Notes under the pieces: model-generated
Databases searched by the model: none
What the model was told of the DNA's origin: nothing
What the model saw: only the letters and a program-made list of their open reading frames with translations
DNA from: Oopsacas minuta
Lineage: Eukaryota; Animalia; Porifera
Length of the DNA: 64,000 nt
Assembly (NCBI GenBank): GCA_024704765.1
Contig: JAKMXF010000327.1
Location: forward strand, 141,360 to 205,359
Direction of reading: 5' to 3'
Position numbers and translations under genes: made by a program
Shown here: positions 1 to 14,200 of the stretch, piece by piece
Numbering within the stretch: the first letter of the stretch is position 1
Layout: every line of letters begins with the position of its first letter

Positions 1-1005
1 CCACTAATCTTCGATCTTATATCTCAGATAGATCCGGAATAACTCTTTGATGAAACTGTAAGTTTTCTGTATTCAAGTGTGTGTGAATTTACAGAATACT
101 CCTAGATGTTTCCTAATATTATATGGGATAATATATACCGTATTTCCCTGAATAATCTAAAACTAATTGTGTGTAGCAACACTCCCAAACTACGTTTTTT
201 TCCATTGTACAACCGAGTTTAGAATTAGAAGAACCAACCATGTATTAAGAAAGGGTCTATTGGAAATTGTAATGCCATTCATTATAATTACACACAATTA
301 GGTATTTTTCCAGTTTTCAAATTCAATATATATTACAATTGAAATCGTGTTATTTTAACACAGATTATTTTTGTCTTATTTGTGCTTTTTTTTGTCTTCA
401 AGTCGGTTTATAAATTGTTTATTCAAATTCTCATATAAATAATCTGATTTTTCAAACCAATATTTACATAAATCAGCTCCCTACACTGGTTTTTCAATTG
501 ATATTACTCCAGTTGATACAAACTCCAGATAAGGCGAACAAATTTTGAGCGTACGTTTGTGTTCTTATTAACGAGGTTCTACTGTTTGTAACTTTTATTT
601 ATGGAATTTACATTATGTAATATCTTTATCAAAGTTGTTAAATGTAAATTGTGCGTTTGATTGGAGAGTAACTAAAGAGCAAACAAAGTACTCTATCTAA
701 ATAAAACCTGAGAATGTTTGAAGTAATAAATTCATTCAGAGCTTGTCGGGGTTGTATTCGCCTATGGATCGTGTAGAACCACGTAGATAGTTAGGTTAGG
801 TAAACCGTTTCCAGAAGATGGTTCTTATTTTGGAGATGCTCTGATAACCGGTGTATTCTTATGAGCGTTACCCACTAGTATTAATATTATTTATACTTTA
901 TGATTTAAATTATGATTTTTTGTTTTAAAGAATTCCGAACTAAGAATTTTTGGGAAAAATCGGCTAAAAGTTGATTTGATTTAAAAATTCTTCTCATTAG
1001 GGAAA

Positions 1006-1117
1006 CTGTTATATTATGTTAGAAGGACTATAGCTGTTATATTATGTTAGAAGGACTATAGCTGTTATATTATGTTAGAAGGACTATAGCTGTTATATTA
1101 TGTTAGAAGGACTATAG
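1006..1117. repeat. 28-bp minisatellite, 4 perfect copies
   Basis: CTGTTATATTATGTTAGAAGGACTATAG x4, directly abutting with no spacers. Confidence 0.97.
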
Positions 1118-3129
1118 CGTTGAATCTTTATTTTAGCTATTTTCTTTGAGAAGAAATTAAAGCATGGATTTGTAATACAATTTTAGCTACGATAATTACC
1201 TAAAACTGTTCTTTTCGTGTTAACTTCATGGATTTAACATTAAATATTAAAGTAAGAATGCAAAGTTAAGTGAGATTCGGTTGAAATCTGTGAAACTCAC
1301 TTCAGATCTCTGAGACTTGACAACTTTCTGGATCAACTTCTTCAATTGATCAATTCACTCTTAAATAGTTACTTTTATCTTGATAGTGAATTATATATTC
1401 CCAAATTGTCATCACATTATTAGAATTAAATTTAGTTCGATGATTCTTTAGAAATAGATTTCTATTAGTGCCATTTTTATGTGTAGTGTATTTGATGAAT
1501 TTCAGAACTGATTTCATCATTATCAGTGTCTTTCTTGTAATGCTCGACTGGCTTCTGATCCAATCAGTATACTAAACCAATTGTATGTATCTTGCATTAT
1601 ACAAGTAGACAACTACTATGTATAAACTAATTTTTCGAAATATAATACTAGTTTATAGCCGCTAGGGCATTTGTTTTGGTTATCTAGAAATATAATTATA
1701 CATATTTAATTCTTCCCTAAATCCCAGCTATTCTAGCTACCCGTGTATTGATACAAATTTTTATCTAATTTACATAAAATTATCCACAATTTCTTTAGCC
1801 ATTTTTAGACAGTGAATTTATACCCCTCACTGAATATAGAATGGATTCAATCAATCGATTTAGTCATCAGTTCATCCCTCTAATTACCAATTATTCCACC
1901 TTCACATTTATGAATGAGATCAATTTATATTCTGGAATTCGTGGTCAAATTCTTTAGTTCAAAGAGATCACTGATTTATACCTTCTGTCGAAGAAGACAA
2001 AACTGTTTGTGGCGTATGTCATTTGCTTTGAATGGCATTCTGACAATAATATTCTTTGTCTTTCAATGCTACTGAATTTGGATTGAAATTAAAAAATTAC
2101 ACCAAGTGATTCATTACGATCTATTATATGAAACCAATGCATTTGATAGATGTGAATTATTCAACATTGAGAAATTTCAAGAGTCATCTAGATTTATATA
2201 AATTGGTAAGAACTGTAGGTACTACTATTATCAAGTATCACATTAGTATAGTTTTGGTATTATTCTACTTTACATAATATTCTGATTTTATTTCGTGCCT
2301 GCTCGTTTTCCTCTGGCGCCTCTATTGTTCATTCTTTATTTTTTAGTTGGTGCCTAATTTCAGTTCCGAGCCGTCTTACTTTCACTGAATTCCATTATTT
2401 GTTTAGGCAAATACACATTTGAACTATATAATTATTAGGGGCTCTTTCATCAAATGGCTCAGAGAATACCTTCTCCATCCAACTTAGGTCAGTTCATATA
2501 TTATTTATTATATTTAATCATATTTACAAATATACCATTCGAATATCTTTATTGATTTCAGTACAATTACGCACTTTGATTTCATTGTACAAATAATCTA
2601 GTTTATCGGATGTGAAGACATCAACCAGAATATTAATTTGTTTTATTATTCTAAAATGGAGGGAAAATCATTTCAGTTTAGTTTTTGTTTGTAAGATTCT
2701 TTTCTAACAAATCATTCAATATATTTACTGCGAAATTATTTATTTTTCCTTTATTTATAATTACTTTTCAATCTACAATGAATATGAAAACATGTCATCT
2801 CGATTTATTTGTTATACTGACCCAAATTGTCCATGGTTAGCATTCACCTGCGGCCTTCTAAACCTAAATCATACACAACAAATCTTTTACTTTGATTTGA
2901 GATAGTCTAATTGTTTGTTTCATTTTCTGAGCATATAATTGCTACCTGTCCCGATTTAGTGTGACGTCTCTCATTATTTAACATTTGCTGTGTGAAGCTC
3001 TTCAGTTATGTATTGCTACCTTTGTAATTGGGTTCGCTGAAATCGAATATAGCTGAATTTTCGTCGCCGGACCATTAGCATGATAGACTATTGCAAATGT
3101 TTTGATTATTTCTCTTCATTTATGAAGGA

Positions 3130-3540
3130 AACATATATTTTATTCTGAAATATCGCTAGAAGATAAAATTATGAGCTAATGCCCCTTACGTAGACTATCA
3201 CATCACGATTTTCTGGCTAGTAATTATGTCAATACTTGTGAGGAATCGATGAGATATTAAATAGGTATATCCGCATCCCCTCGCAAGACTTTTCCCCATC
3301 TCATTAGAGTCGGCATAAAGTACTTTTTGAAAGGCAATTCTATTGGGACGAGATCGGAGTTATTTTACAAATTTTTATGTTATGGAGGTTCTAGTGCACA
3401 CGAAACCTCCCACAACATAAATATTTGTAAAACAGACTCGGATCTCATCCCAATAGAATTGTCTTTCAATAAATAAGATAATACAGAACCTTATTACAGG
3501 CGACGGAAAATCCAGCAATGAAAATTCCTTCAACGGCTGA
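3130..3540. mobile_element. Interspersed repeat with an internal ~140-bp hairpin; related copies at ~10050-10200 and, inverted, ~18150-18600
   Basis: Inverted arms of ~60 bp at 3328-3468 (TGAAAGGCAATTCTATTGGGACGAGATCGGAGT / ACTCGGATCTCATCCCAATAGAATTGTCTTTCA). 3140-3280 matches the reverse complement of 18365-18570. Confidence 0.75.
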
Positions 3541-3712
3541 AATCAATGGTTTCGTTATGTGACTTGAGTCACAATTTATTGATAATGTAATTAAATATTT
3601 ACATATAATGCTTCATAATTAATTGAATGCGAGTAGTACATTACAATACCTTTTAGTACCAACCTATATGGGAAATTTTGCTAATATTAGTACTTGAATT
3701 CACAACATACTA

Positions 3713-3900
3713 CAGTGGAACCTCCTCAATCTGAACACGGTGATACTAATTAATTAACTGATAAGATGAACAAATAATTGCACATTCCAGGTCCTTACGA
3801 TGGATATCCAATTGGTGTTAACCTCCGGTCAATATGAACTCCGGATAAGGCGAACAAATTTGCTCGTCCGTTGGTGTTTGTATTAATGAGGTTCTACCCG
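3713..3900. mobile_element. Tc1/pogo-type MITE; partial related copy at ~505-583
   Basis: TA-flanked imperfect TIRs CAGTGGAACCTC / GAGGTTCTACCCG; internal CTCCGGATAAGGCGAACAAATTT shared with 524-546. Confidence 0.7.
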
Positions 3901-5892
3901 TATATAGCATTTAATTAATTAATATTTACTCAAAATTTGCAAGGTAGAGCTAATTGGTATCCATTTTAATTGGTATCCATTTTAACTGGCCTATTGGTCG
4001 ATAAAAATTTCCATAATTGTGAAATTTTAGAGGTCTTATTCAGTCAATACTTTACGGTAATCATTTTGTTTATGGTTAACTGATTATATGCTCTATAATT
4101 ATCCTCACGAAATATTACTTTTACACACTTAGATTTCAAGATTCACTTGTTTGCATTTATTGAAATTCGCCTTGAATAGAATAAATTACCATAAAACGAA
4201 TATATTCTATTATTATAGGGGACAGATCAAAATGTGAATTAAACGTCTTGCAGACGTTTTAACCCGAAATCATTCTATATAAAATGTAGAATAACGAGAG
4301 ATTGACAAAAATACAAAGCACTCATATACATCTATACAAAGAATTCACAAACTATTTGATATAACTGTTATCTCCTTCTGGAGCGTAAAATAAACTTTGA
4401 TGATATATACATATGACTAAACAGGTACGGCACATGAAATTGTTACGGCATTTCCATATATATGTCTTGAATTTGAAATAGAATGTATGATACTTGTTGG
4501 TTCAACGAGTAAGATACATTCAATGAAGATGCCAGAAGATTCGTACTGTAATTCCCTGACATGTCGTTCTGATTCCGCTGGCCCTGCTAAATATTTAAGT
4601 TGAAGTTGAAAGAATATTTCTTCAATTTACAGAGTATCTAATAATTAGATTTACATATTTATCTAACAGTGTAACTGCCTGAACAAACTTGTACCACTCA
4701 AAGTAGTTTCGATTATTTCTCCAGTCCAACAGATGTGTTGTATTTTAAAGTATTATGTATTCTTTATATATTATCGGTATTTCTGATCTATCAAATTTCA
4801 TTTTTCCATTTATCCAATTGAGATTTGTTTTCACTAACAATTTATCGCACTATTCATTTGAATTTATTTTTATCAGATAGTAAGATAGTATTTACTTTTT
4901 TCACTCAATTTATTTTCGCTATGTCTAAGAGCTCTGATGTTATTCTTATCTGTTAATTCTTGTGGCGCATATTCCTAAAATCGTAATTAATTAAATCGTA
5001 TTTCCACCTGCTCATATTTCTTATGGATGATATGTTATCTAATAATAAGATTCGACAGCCTGATACTACTTTAGAGTTGCTTTTTCTACGATTACGTCTA
5101 GGAATTCTGCTGAGAATGCTGCCTCAACACAAATGATCTTTTTTTAACTTGGCTTATTTATCTCTACGTTATCTAATAGACAAAATAAGACACAATTTAT
5201 TATCGCATTACAAATTGGTGAAATCTGTTAGATCTACATTATCAATACTTTCATCCAAAGAACAATCTGTATCCTTCAAATTGTAGTAATAATTACGAAT
5301 TAATTTCCCCTGCAATAAAGAATTTAGGTAATTCATCAGATTCTAACTATTTAAATGAGTTAACAAAATCAACTAAATGTAGAGTAATAGTATTATTTTT
5401 AGATGTATTCAATGTGAATATAAACCAGATTTACATTGTAGTGGTGACAATACAATATATTATTATTGATTCATAATTATCTCCTTTTTCTATTATTCAT
5501 GGAGATGACTAGCTACAATGAAATAAGATTACTAGGTAATTTTCATTTACTTTGACCTCCCATTATTTGGATTAACAAATATTTAACTACATGGTTTCGA
5601 TCTTTTTTGGTTTCTGTCCATAAGTACATAACGCTTATGACGTTCTGGATTTGAATTTTCATTAGTGTTGCTCTCGTAACGTGAAATTGGATCTAAAAGA
5701 TATCATCAGTTCAATGTCGATGCACGTTAAGCGTTATTTTTTTATTTGTCAACACTTAATCTAGGAAATACAATTTATTACCATAGGATCTCCTATTGAT
5801 AAACAGCCTTCTAGACGTTATATTTGCGATTTGAAATCGTTAACGATTCCAATCAAATGGACCTGACGGCTAAGGTGTGCCATATTTTTGTA

Positions 5893-6066
5893 CAGTATAC
5901 TCTCGTTATAACAAAGTGCTCGGGACCTCGGTTTCATTTCGTACAAGCGGTATTTGGTTGTAAGCGGAGTAAAACCAATTGCTTTCAAGCTATAGAGAGG
6001 GGAAAGATCACTTCGTTATAATGAGAGTTTCGTAACATCCGATCTGGTCATAACGGGAGTTTACTG
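5893..6066. mobile_element. pogo/Tigger-type MITE
   Basis: TA|CAGTATACTCTCGTTATAAC ... CATAACGGGAGTTTACTG|TA: imperfect TIRs with TA duplication. Confidence 0.8.
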
Positions 6067-7469
6067 TATTTAGAAATCAGAAACTGTCGAAATATGTTAA
6101 TGAAATGAACAAACAGAGGGGTTTTAGCATCAACCTTTTAGGGTGCTGGCTCAAGTTCACACTGCTAGTCTGATTATTTTTATTGCACTACTTTTGGCTT
6201 TAGGGCTGCTCTATGCTTGAACAAATAAGCATAGCAATTTAATTATTGGCTAAAAGTTCATATGGAATGTCTTTTTAAATTTTTAATTGGTCATGATGAA
6301 CCAGTAATTGTAATTTGTTCAATATATAGATTACACTATTAACATAATGACATCAATTAGACAAGCGTAGATCATGCCTACGTATGCTATGTATTATCAT
6401 TACTACACAAATTGTAAAATGTATATGCGTAGCTGTATCTAGAATTGCATAGTGCAAACTGTGACATAGTATAATATTTATACTCTATTTTAACAACCTG
6501 AAAAAATAGAAATAGTATAGTAATTCTATTGAATGGACCACATTTCATATACTTCATTCATCGTCACACCTAGTAAGTCTTAATATACATTATCAATAAT
6601 ATTATGTCATTTACTCGTTATCACAGATTATCTATTTAGCTTTTGCCTTGTACATATGTGTGATCATTATCAAGCCTAATTGGGAATTGTACTTGACCAG
6701 TAGAAATTACTTATTTGATTGGTATTCATTCATTTCCAATCGATAGTTAAATTTGTGCTTACATTACATAGAAACTACGCTACTTTTCAATGAGCCATGA
6801 GTAAATACGGCGGACTCGTTCAAAGAAACTGTTATACGAAACTCCGGAAATACGTTTTCTACTCGGAATAAGTCCTAATAACCAAATGATATGCAATTAA
6901 TCTTAATTATTAACTGCAGGGAAGACACTACGTGTTAGCCCGGACCTAGATAAGCCCTTGGACTAGAGGACGTAGGGCGGACATCATTCATCGTCCACGC
7001 CATTAGGGCATCTCCTTATTGTTGCTGGAGTAAATTTGCATTTGAAATATAATCCCATAGCATTAATATACTGTTAATAGCATCAGTAAACTATGAAATC
7101 TGCCAACCCTGGACACGATAGATTGTTTTACATTTGTTTGTGACAGCGATAAAGAATTGGTTACTCATGCACAATTAGATCATTGAATGTAATCTTCAAT
7201 TATGGCATTTGAATTTGATTTATCTATATTTTCATTATTATGTGATCTTTCTTGTTGTTAGTATACTCCTGTTCATGCCTTTAATAACAGGCTGACCATA
7301 TGTCCTATTTTATCGGACTGCCCTCTTTATTGCTGCCTGTCATTTTTTTTCTATTCTGTCCTTATATTTGCTTGTTGTCCTTTATAAAGGTTCTCAAACC
7401 GAGACGAACACTCAATAATTCGTATGCCTTTCTCGCATTAGAGCCTAGAATCTGCTTAACAAGTATATG

Positions 7470-7545
7470 CAGTAAAACTCGGATAAGACATACCCTCTCG
7501 GGAATCAAAGATTTGTACGTACTAATTACTAGCCGAATTCTACTG
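7470..7545. mobile_element. Mini pogo-type MITE (76 bp)
   Basis: CAGTAAAACTCGGATAAG ... TAGCCGAATTCTACTG|TA; the same family end occurs at ~25785. Confidence 0.65.
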
Positions 7546-7594
7546 TAAATTCTTTGCAGAGAATTTCAGACAATTCAGAGCGTAAAAATGTTTC

Positions 7595-7684
7595 ATATGA
7601 TATATGATATATGATATATGATATATGATATATGATGTTTGATGTTTGATGTTTGATGTTTGATGTTTGATGTTTGATGTTTGA
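7595..7684. repeat. Compound 7-mer microsatellite (TGATATA)n switching to (TGATGTT)n
   Basis: About 6 units of TGATATA followed in phase by about 7 units of TGATGTT. Confidence 0.95.
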
Positions 7685-8746
7685 TTCATATTTTATGTGA
7701 ATTTTACTGAAATTTCGTCACAATTTGACCAATAGTATCTGTGATTATTTAATATCCAATTTTGTTGGTATTATCTTTACGTAATTCTAGAACATCCCAG
7801 TTGATATTTGATATCTATCTGACGATAGATAATTGTTACAATAGGGTTATTTCATACATTTTCTTAAAATAATACCTCTATTAATAAAGCAAAATATTGA
7901 TAGTTATATAAGATGACCAGAAGTGCTTTCGCAAAAAACCCTTCTAGTCATCCTATATAGTCCAGGTTACCTGGACTGGCTGGACAGAATCCTAGAAAAA
8001 CTGGATATCCCATTTGAGAATTTATGTCGGTATTTCTGTAAGCTATGTAATAGTAACAATTATGAATACATGTATTGTTAACGTACTATATGTTGTGAAG
8101 CAATCTAACCAAAACCCCGCCAAAATGATGAAAATTGAATCACGCGTTTTACCTAGGTGAAGAAACTGGACACAGCCAAAATTGACCACAAAAACCTGCA
8201 CTGTCTAGGGAAAATGAACTATTGTCACCCTATAGCTATAGTAATTGTATAGTCTATAAATGAAAATTAATTATCATTCAATGTCCTTTTTTTAAGAATG
8301 AGGAGATGGTCACTCTGCTTTAAATTACTACTCTTCTCTTCATGATGGTAAACAATTATAAAGTATTCACTTCTATCAATTCCTATTAGTTTTTATTACT
8401 TTGATAATACAATACTATCATAAAGCTAGTATTCAATTAATGACCCTTCTGCTGATTACATTTTCACACTTATTTGTTAAATTAACTTTAATAAAGCGGA
8501 CTTTTGCGTCATTAATGCAATAATGAAGTCTGATGGGTTCATTTCGCTCCTATGTGTGAACCATTAGGCCATGTAGATATTGCCTAAACACTATTTATTA
8601 ACTATTATTCAGTTTAACTAGGTAAAGCTAGAAATGTTTGGTCATTATTTTCACAGTTAAATTTCATAATGCAACAAATCTCAAAAGGTAAGAATATTCA
8701 TTGTATGTTGAAATATTGATTAATTAAAAACACTAAAATCATATAT

Positions 8747-8973
8747 CCAGTATTTCTCTGAATAAGCGCCGGGGGCTAAAAACGCTCCAAATTTTGTGAA
8801 TTATTGCCACCCTCTAGAAGATTCTTTGTTGAAATTTCCGCTACATTTGGCCATGCAACAAATTGGGGAACTAATTTCCCTAATCTTTTATATTTTCAAA
8901 AATTGAAATATAATTAAGCCAAAAATTCCCATGAAAATCACAACCGCTTTGGCACTTATTCAGAGCAATACGG
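8747..8973. mobile_element. pogo-type MITE (TACCGTA-type ends)
   Basis: CCAGTATTTCTCTGAATAAGCGCC ... GGCACTTATTCAGAGCAATACGG|TA; a similar end is at ~137-160. Confidence 0.65.
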
Positions 8974-10609
8974 TATTTACCATATATTTACTGGCATTTA
9001 ATCCTCTTACTCAATTTTCACGATTAACTCCTATCCATTTTGTACAAGTACATTACTAATGATTTTTGATACTACTCCTCTTTGAATATGTGAAGTGTCA
9101 AAAAGTTGTTATGCACTGATTTCAATTATCTTTCAGTCCTGTTTTATATTAACAAATTTAGTTGCTATTATGAAAGTTTTTTAATGAACAGGGCATATGG
9201 CCGCTATGAAACAGTTATACTAACATTGTAATTTCTCGCATTATGAAGTCTGTGTTTCATGAACGTAATTTTTAGCCTCATAGATGTTCGTTATAAGTGT
9301 ACCTAACTCTCTATAATCGTATATGTTGCAGTCAAAGTGAGTTTCCTGTCAAAACCTGTTTTGATTGAACAGGTTTTGACAGGAGGTGGTTACAAGTTGA
9401 GATAACTAGTGTTAGCTAAAATTATTTTATTTTAGTAATTTTGTATATCCGTATATAAATGCTACTACAAAACATATCACCCCAGGATGATTAGCGCTCC
9501 TCCTCGTACCCTCTGGCTACTTCTCAGACGTTAGGTATATGAAATTAAGGTAGAGGATTTGAAATATTTGAAGATCAAATTTATTTTGTTATTGTTGAAG
9601 AGCTGATTTCGTGACTTTTCCAAACTGTTGTTTACCATTTCCATTGAATTGTAATGAAGCATTCAACCTCACTGATAATCCTTCTTGATGTAATGATTAT
9701 CCTTTAATTAATAAGTTGCATTAGTGAGCAAACAATTTTAGAATCCAGAATTCATGATTTCCATAATTGATATTAATCAGATGGTTCAAATCAAACAACC
9801 CTGAGTTTATCCATATGAATTGTTTCTTTATCGGTTTCGGTATCCTTCTTACGAGCGAGTATAGCAAGAGAGGAATTTTAACCTTTGTAATATATGTCCA
9901 ATCAATTTGACAGGGATAAATTAGCTTGTAAGTATATTCTGTATTCTAATCATAGGATACTATACACTTAGTATTGAGAGTGGTAATTTGAATTTCACTG
10001 AATATAATATGAATTATTAATAAATTAATTATATTCTAATAAAATAATGTACTCTATATCCGCATCCCGAGCTAGTGCTAATAGAACCTATACCCAACAC
10101 CAAAATAGTAAAAAAGCCCCTGATCCCTTCTCAATGAATTTTTCTTTTAATGAATAAGTTTATATGGAATCTAATTACAGGCAACGAAAGTTCCGACAAC
10201 GCCTACTGACATATCTTTCTATCGAGTACAATTCTCTGTATTGCACATTTTGGCAGCAAATGAAATTCGATTTGATTCCGAAACTATTTAGATTATGTAG
10301 TGACTAGCGATTGTATTCCGATGCTAGTAATCATACAAGGGTGCATTTTAAAAGATCATCTCAGAAGGCCTTCACCAATTTATGCTCATCCTCTTCATCT
10401 GAAATATGTCTAGTTGTGTCTATGATCATATACGTATATCGGTCGCTTCTTGGTTGTAGATAAATTCCTCAGTTAGATTTCAAATTCATAATCGTATTGA
10501 ATTTTGGTGTACGTAGGACTGTAGGAAGTAAACCATACCTAGATTGTACATCTTAATTTTACCAATAGAACAAGAGTCTCAGAATACAGTCGCAAAATTC
10601 AGAATCTGT

Positions 10610-11180
10610 GCACTTGTTTTTAGCTTTAAATTCTGAGATGTGGCTAATTTAGATCCAGCATACTCTATTACCTCAGTATAGCCGTTGAAAGTAGGAATCT
10701 GCTACGAATTTGTAATTTGTTTACTTTGTGTACCTAAAAGTAAACTAATATTCACAATATGTTGTTTACAATACCATATTCGGACTCAGCATACTCAATT
10801 ACCCCAGGATAGTCGTTGAATATATGATTCTATCTCAATTTTGAAATTTGTTTACTTTATATTCATAAAACAACAATAATTTAACATATAAGAAACTTGA
10901 AAAAGCGACAATTTCAAAATTGCATACCTTAAATCCTTTCCTTGACGACAAACAAACAAACAAACAAACAACAATTGAGATTGAATAATATAAATATTTA
11001 GTCAAGTTTTATTTAATTCTACTTACTTCCTTGGGTTGAACACGATGAATACTACATAATAATCATCCGATATCTCGTATTCGAGAAATTCAATTTCAAA
11101 ATTGCATACCATAAATCTATTCTTGAAAACTGACAACAAATATATAAACAAACAACATTTGAGATTTAATCATATAGATG
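10610..11180 (+). mobile_element. 5'-truncated copy of a Helitron-like non-autonomous family, with duplicated 3' module
   Basis: Two ~135-bp internal subrepeats (AGCATACT..TTACC..GATAG(C/T)CGTTGAA), then CAATTTCAAAATTGCATACC...(CAAA)n...GAGATT twice; same modules as 12802-13396. Confidence 0.5.
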
Positions 11181-11287
11181 CGAAAAAGGTATAACAACAA
11201 GCAAGCAAGCAAGCAAATATACTGAATTATGTGAACTAATCTATTAAAAACGTAATAATTGTGGTTTTAATTTTGTATTCTTATTAG

Positions 11288-14200
11288 ACGCAAACGCTAT
11301 CCACCAGCCTGCCATTCCAAGTCAGGATAGTTCGTTTAGCGTTCGACCTCAACAGAGTATCGTTAGTCCTGAGTTGCCCCCTCATTCCTCTCCTGTGTTC
11401 TCTGTTGTGCAAATGGAAGATATATTGTCAGAGGATATCAAACCAAAAGAACTTACATCCTCATCCACTCAAGAAAAGGTTGCTGTTAGCCTACTGGATT
11501 CTGAGCTCTGGAACGAATTCTCTCAGGCGCAGAACGAAATGATAATTACAAAAGTTGGAAGGTATTATTTTAATAATTATAACGCTCTACATTTATATGG
11601 AATCTTAAACACTTGGGGATGTGCTTCTAGTTTTCATTTGCTACAGTTTGATACCTTGTGCTTAATCATAGGATATTGTTATTAGAATTTTTCCACCTCT
11701 TAGAAACCTTTTTCCGGTTATCAAGATCAAGGTAGAGCGTCTCAATCCCGACGAAATATATAAAGTCGAGCTGGACATTTGCTCGGTAGATGATTGCCGC
11801 TACAAATATCACGAGAATGAATGGGTTGTTGCTGGCAAAGCAGAGCCGCTTGTTCCTTCGAGTTCATACGTCCACCCCGACACCCCCTCAAAAGGATCGG
11901 AGATAATGAAGCAGCCTCTTTCCTTCCGGAAAGTTAAGATCACAAACAGTAATGACCAAAAAGAAGGATATGTAAGTTTTATATTACTTTGAGTAGAGAG
12001 AAATTTGTTGACAATATTTATGCCTAATTCGATTAATTATTCTTACCATATGATTATGTTAATCTCGTATATATCCCTGACTATGTTATTCAGAATCCTC
12101 ACACAAGCAATTAGATGCACTCCTACATTTTCAGTCTTTGTATGTGTTATGTAAATACGCCTCATCCTATGTTGCAAATATGACTGCCATACAGTTACTC
12201 ATTTCTAGTATGATTCCATATGCAACCTGCTGTTGTAATCTTATCCTAGGGAGATTAATTACTGACAGAACAATAGAGCAAGTCACCATTATACCATATT
12301 TCTTAACTAATAAGAATGTTAACTTAGTTACTGTATGTTCAAACAGCGCTTCGTGGATTAATTCTATGCTAGCTTTCAGTAATATTGAGTTACCAAGCGA
12401 TTCTTAATATATTAATTAATTAAACATTAATTCAGTTCATCAATCAAGTCTCTTTGATGATCTAATTGATGGGTTATGCCAAATAGTTAACTTCAATGAT
12501 TACATAAATTCACGGGTTACAAGTATAGAAATTGATTAATTGAATAGCACCTACACCTGAGGGATTTTATTATGCTTTGTATGGTAACAGTTAATTTACT
12601 GTTATCATTCCGTGTGAAGCAAGCTAAGGAATAAGTGAGTGTGTCATGAGGGCCTAAGGGGCGAAATCTTGTTTATAAAACGACCTTGACAGTATTAAAA
12701 ACGCGACTTTGTTGTATGCAACAACAACAACAATCCTTTTACACCACATAAAAAGCTTGTAAATGTTATTCAGCTAGATCACGTAATTATATAATTAATT
12801 ATACGAGCATTTGGCTCGTCGCTTCGGCGCATTGCGCTTCGAGGTATCCATTATTCTCCAAATTGAGGGCCCCTTTGAGTATTATAATATATAGATATAT
12901 TTAGAACAATGTAATTCACAAATATACGTATATGACATATAAATTATTGAAATATTTTGTATAATCAGCCCCTCTGTAGCCGTTAAGATGAAGTAACTAT
13001 GTGAATTTTGAGATTTCGCTAATTTGTTTATTTTATATTCTTAAAAACAACAATATATGTATATATGAGAACCTTGAAAATACAAAATTCGGATTCTGCG
13101 TACTTAGTTACCCCTGGATAGCCGTTTAGATCAAGCCTGTACGTATATTTTGAGGTTTGGCTAATTTGTTTACTTTATATTCATAAAAACAACAATAAAT
13201 TTACATATGATTAATCCAAAAATGTGACAATCGGGTTCAGCATGTTCGATATATTTAATGAATTTTTATTGAATTCTATTTACTTCTTTGATAAACACGA
13301 TAAATACATAGTTATGCGACAGTTTCAAAATTGCATACCTTAAATCCTTTTCCTTGACAACGGACAAACAAACAAACAACAATTGAGATTTGATTATCCC
13401 CTATACCCGTGGGGGCAAACCTCAGCGTATTCAATTTTAGCTAGATTTGGGACAAATACATGTATTTATCTCTATGATGAAATAAATCTTTGGGTTCCTC
13501 AATGAAAAACAGTCGTTGGAGGAAGTGGCTATACATATTTACTAAAATATCTCTAGTTAAAGGACATTTGAATTGAATTTATAAATGGGGTTGGGGAGTT
13601 ATCAGATCCGCCTACCCACTTATAGACGTTCCTCTTTATTCATCATTCTATATTTACAGATAACTTTAAATTCAATGCACAAGTATGTACCACGGGTGAC
13701 AATATCTATAAAGCATATGGGCACTTTTCAAGTTGTAGAATCCGTGAATTTCAATGAAACGATGTTTTATGCTGTCACAGCTTATCAGAATCAAAAGGTA
13801 ATTATTTTGTTATTATTTATTCTTCTCCTTTTAACCATTCTCTTTGCACCCTGTACAGTATTACCTCGAATAATCGCCTTGAGTTTATGGCGCATTTTAT
13901 AACGCAGCACCATGGTAGCAAGTGAGGTGTCCGTAAAATGATTCATGACATGTGACTATAATGTACTCAGCAAGAGATTATTATTGGACATAGACCAAGG
14001 TAATATTTGAGGGAATACGGTATATAATTCTATTACAAGTTCTCGAATGGTTATACATACATAACTTACAAATACTTTATAGGTAACTCAATTGAAAATC
14101 AAATATAACCCTTTTGCAAAAGGATTCCGCGGCAGCGAGTTATCATCTTATCCCAGATCAAGGTATGTTTAGTACATTTGGTTTAAGTATGTACGAAGAA

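Larger units (their letters stand above)
1..5500 (+). pseudogene. Degraded multi-exon coding region, product unidentified
   Basis: Protein-like + strand frames, several bounded by AG/GT sites but broken by stops or frameshifts: PLIFDLISQIDPE*LFDET|gtaagt (1-57), cag|SLRLDNFLDQLLQLINSLLN (1306-1367), tag|PFLDSEFIPLTEYRMDSINRF...GQIL*FKEITDLYLLSKK (1798-2080), MDDMLSNNKIRQPDTTLELLFLRLRLGILLRMLPQHK*SFFNLAYL... (5023-5286). No ORF of 60 aa or more in the track here. Confidence 0.35.

Noticed and set aside
1006-1117. 28-bp repeats as a possible CRISPR array
   Set aside because: The units abut with no spacers; this is a simple minisatellite.
1-5500. Stop-codon reassignment (alternative genetic code) as an explanation of the in-frame stops
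   Set aside because: CERT1, RPL23, the T-box gene and the mariner read normally and end at standard stops, and frameshifts also occur here.
9495-9534. Candidate upstream T-box exon (RSSSYPLATSQTL, phase 0 to 1, AG|GTATAT donor)
   Set aside because: It is phase-compatible with exon 11288, but the acceptor is weak and no start codon is linked; unsupported without RNA data.
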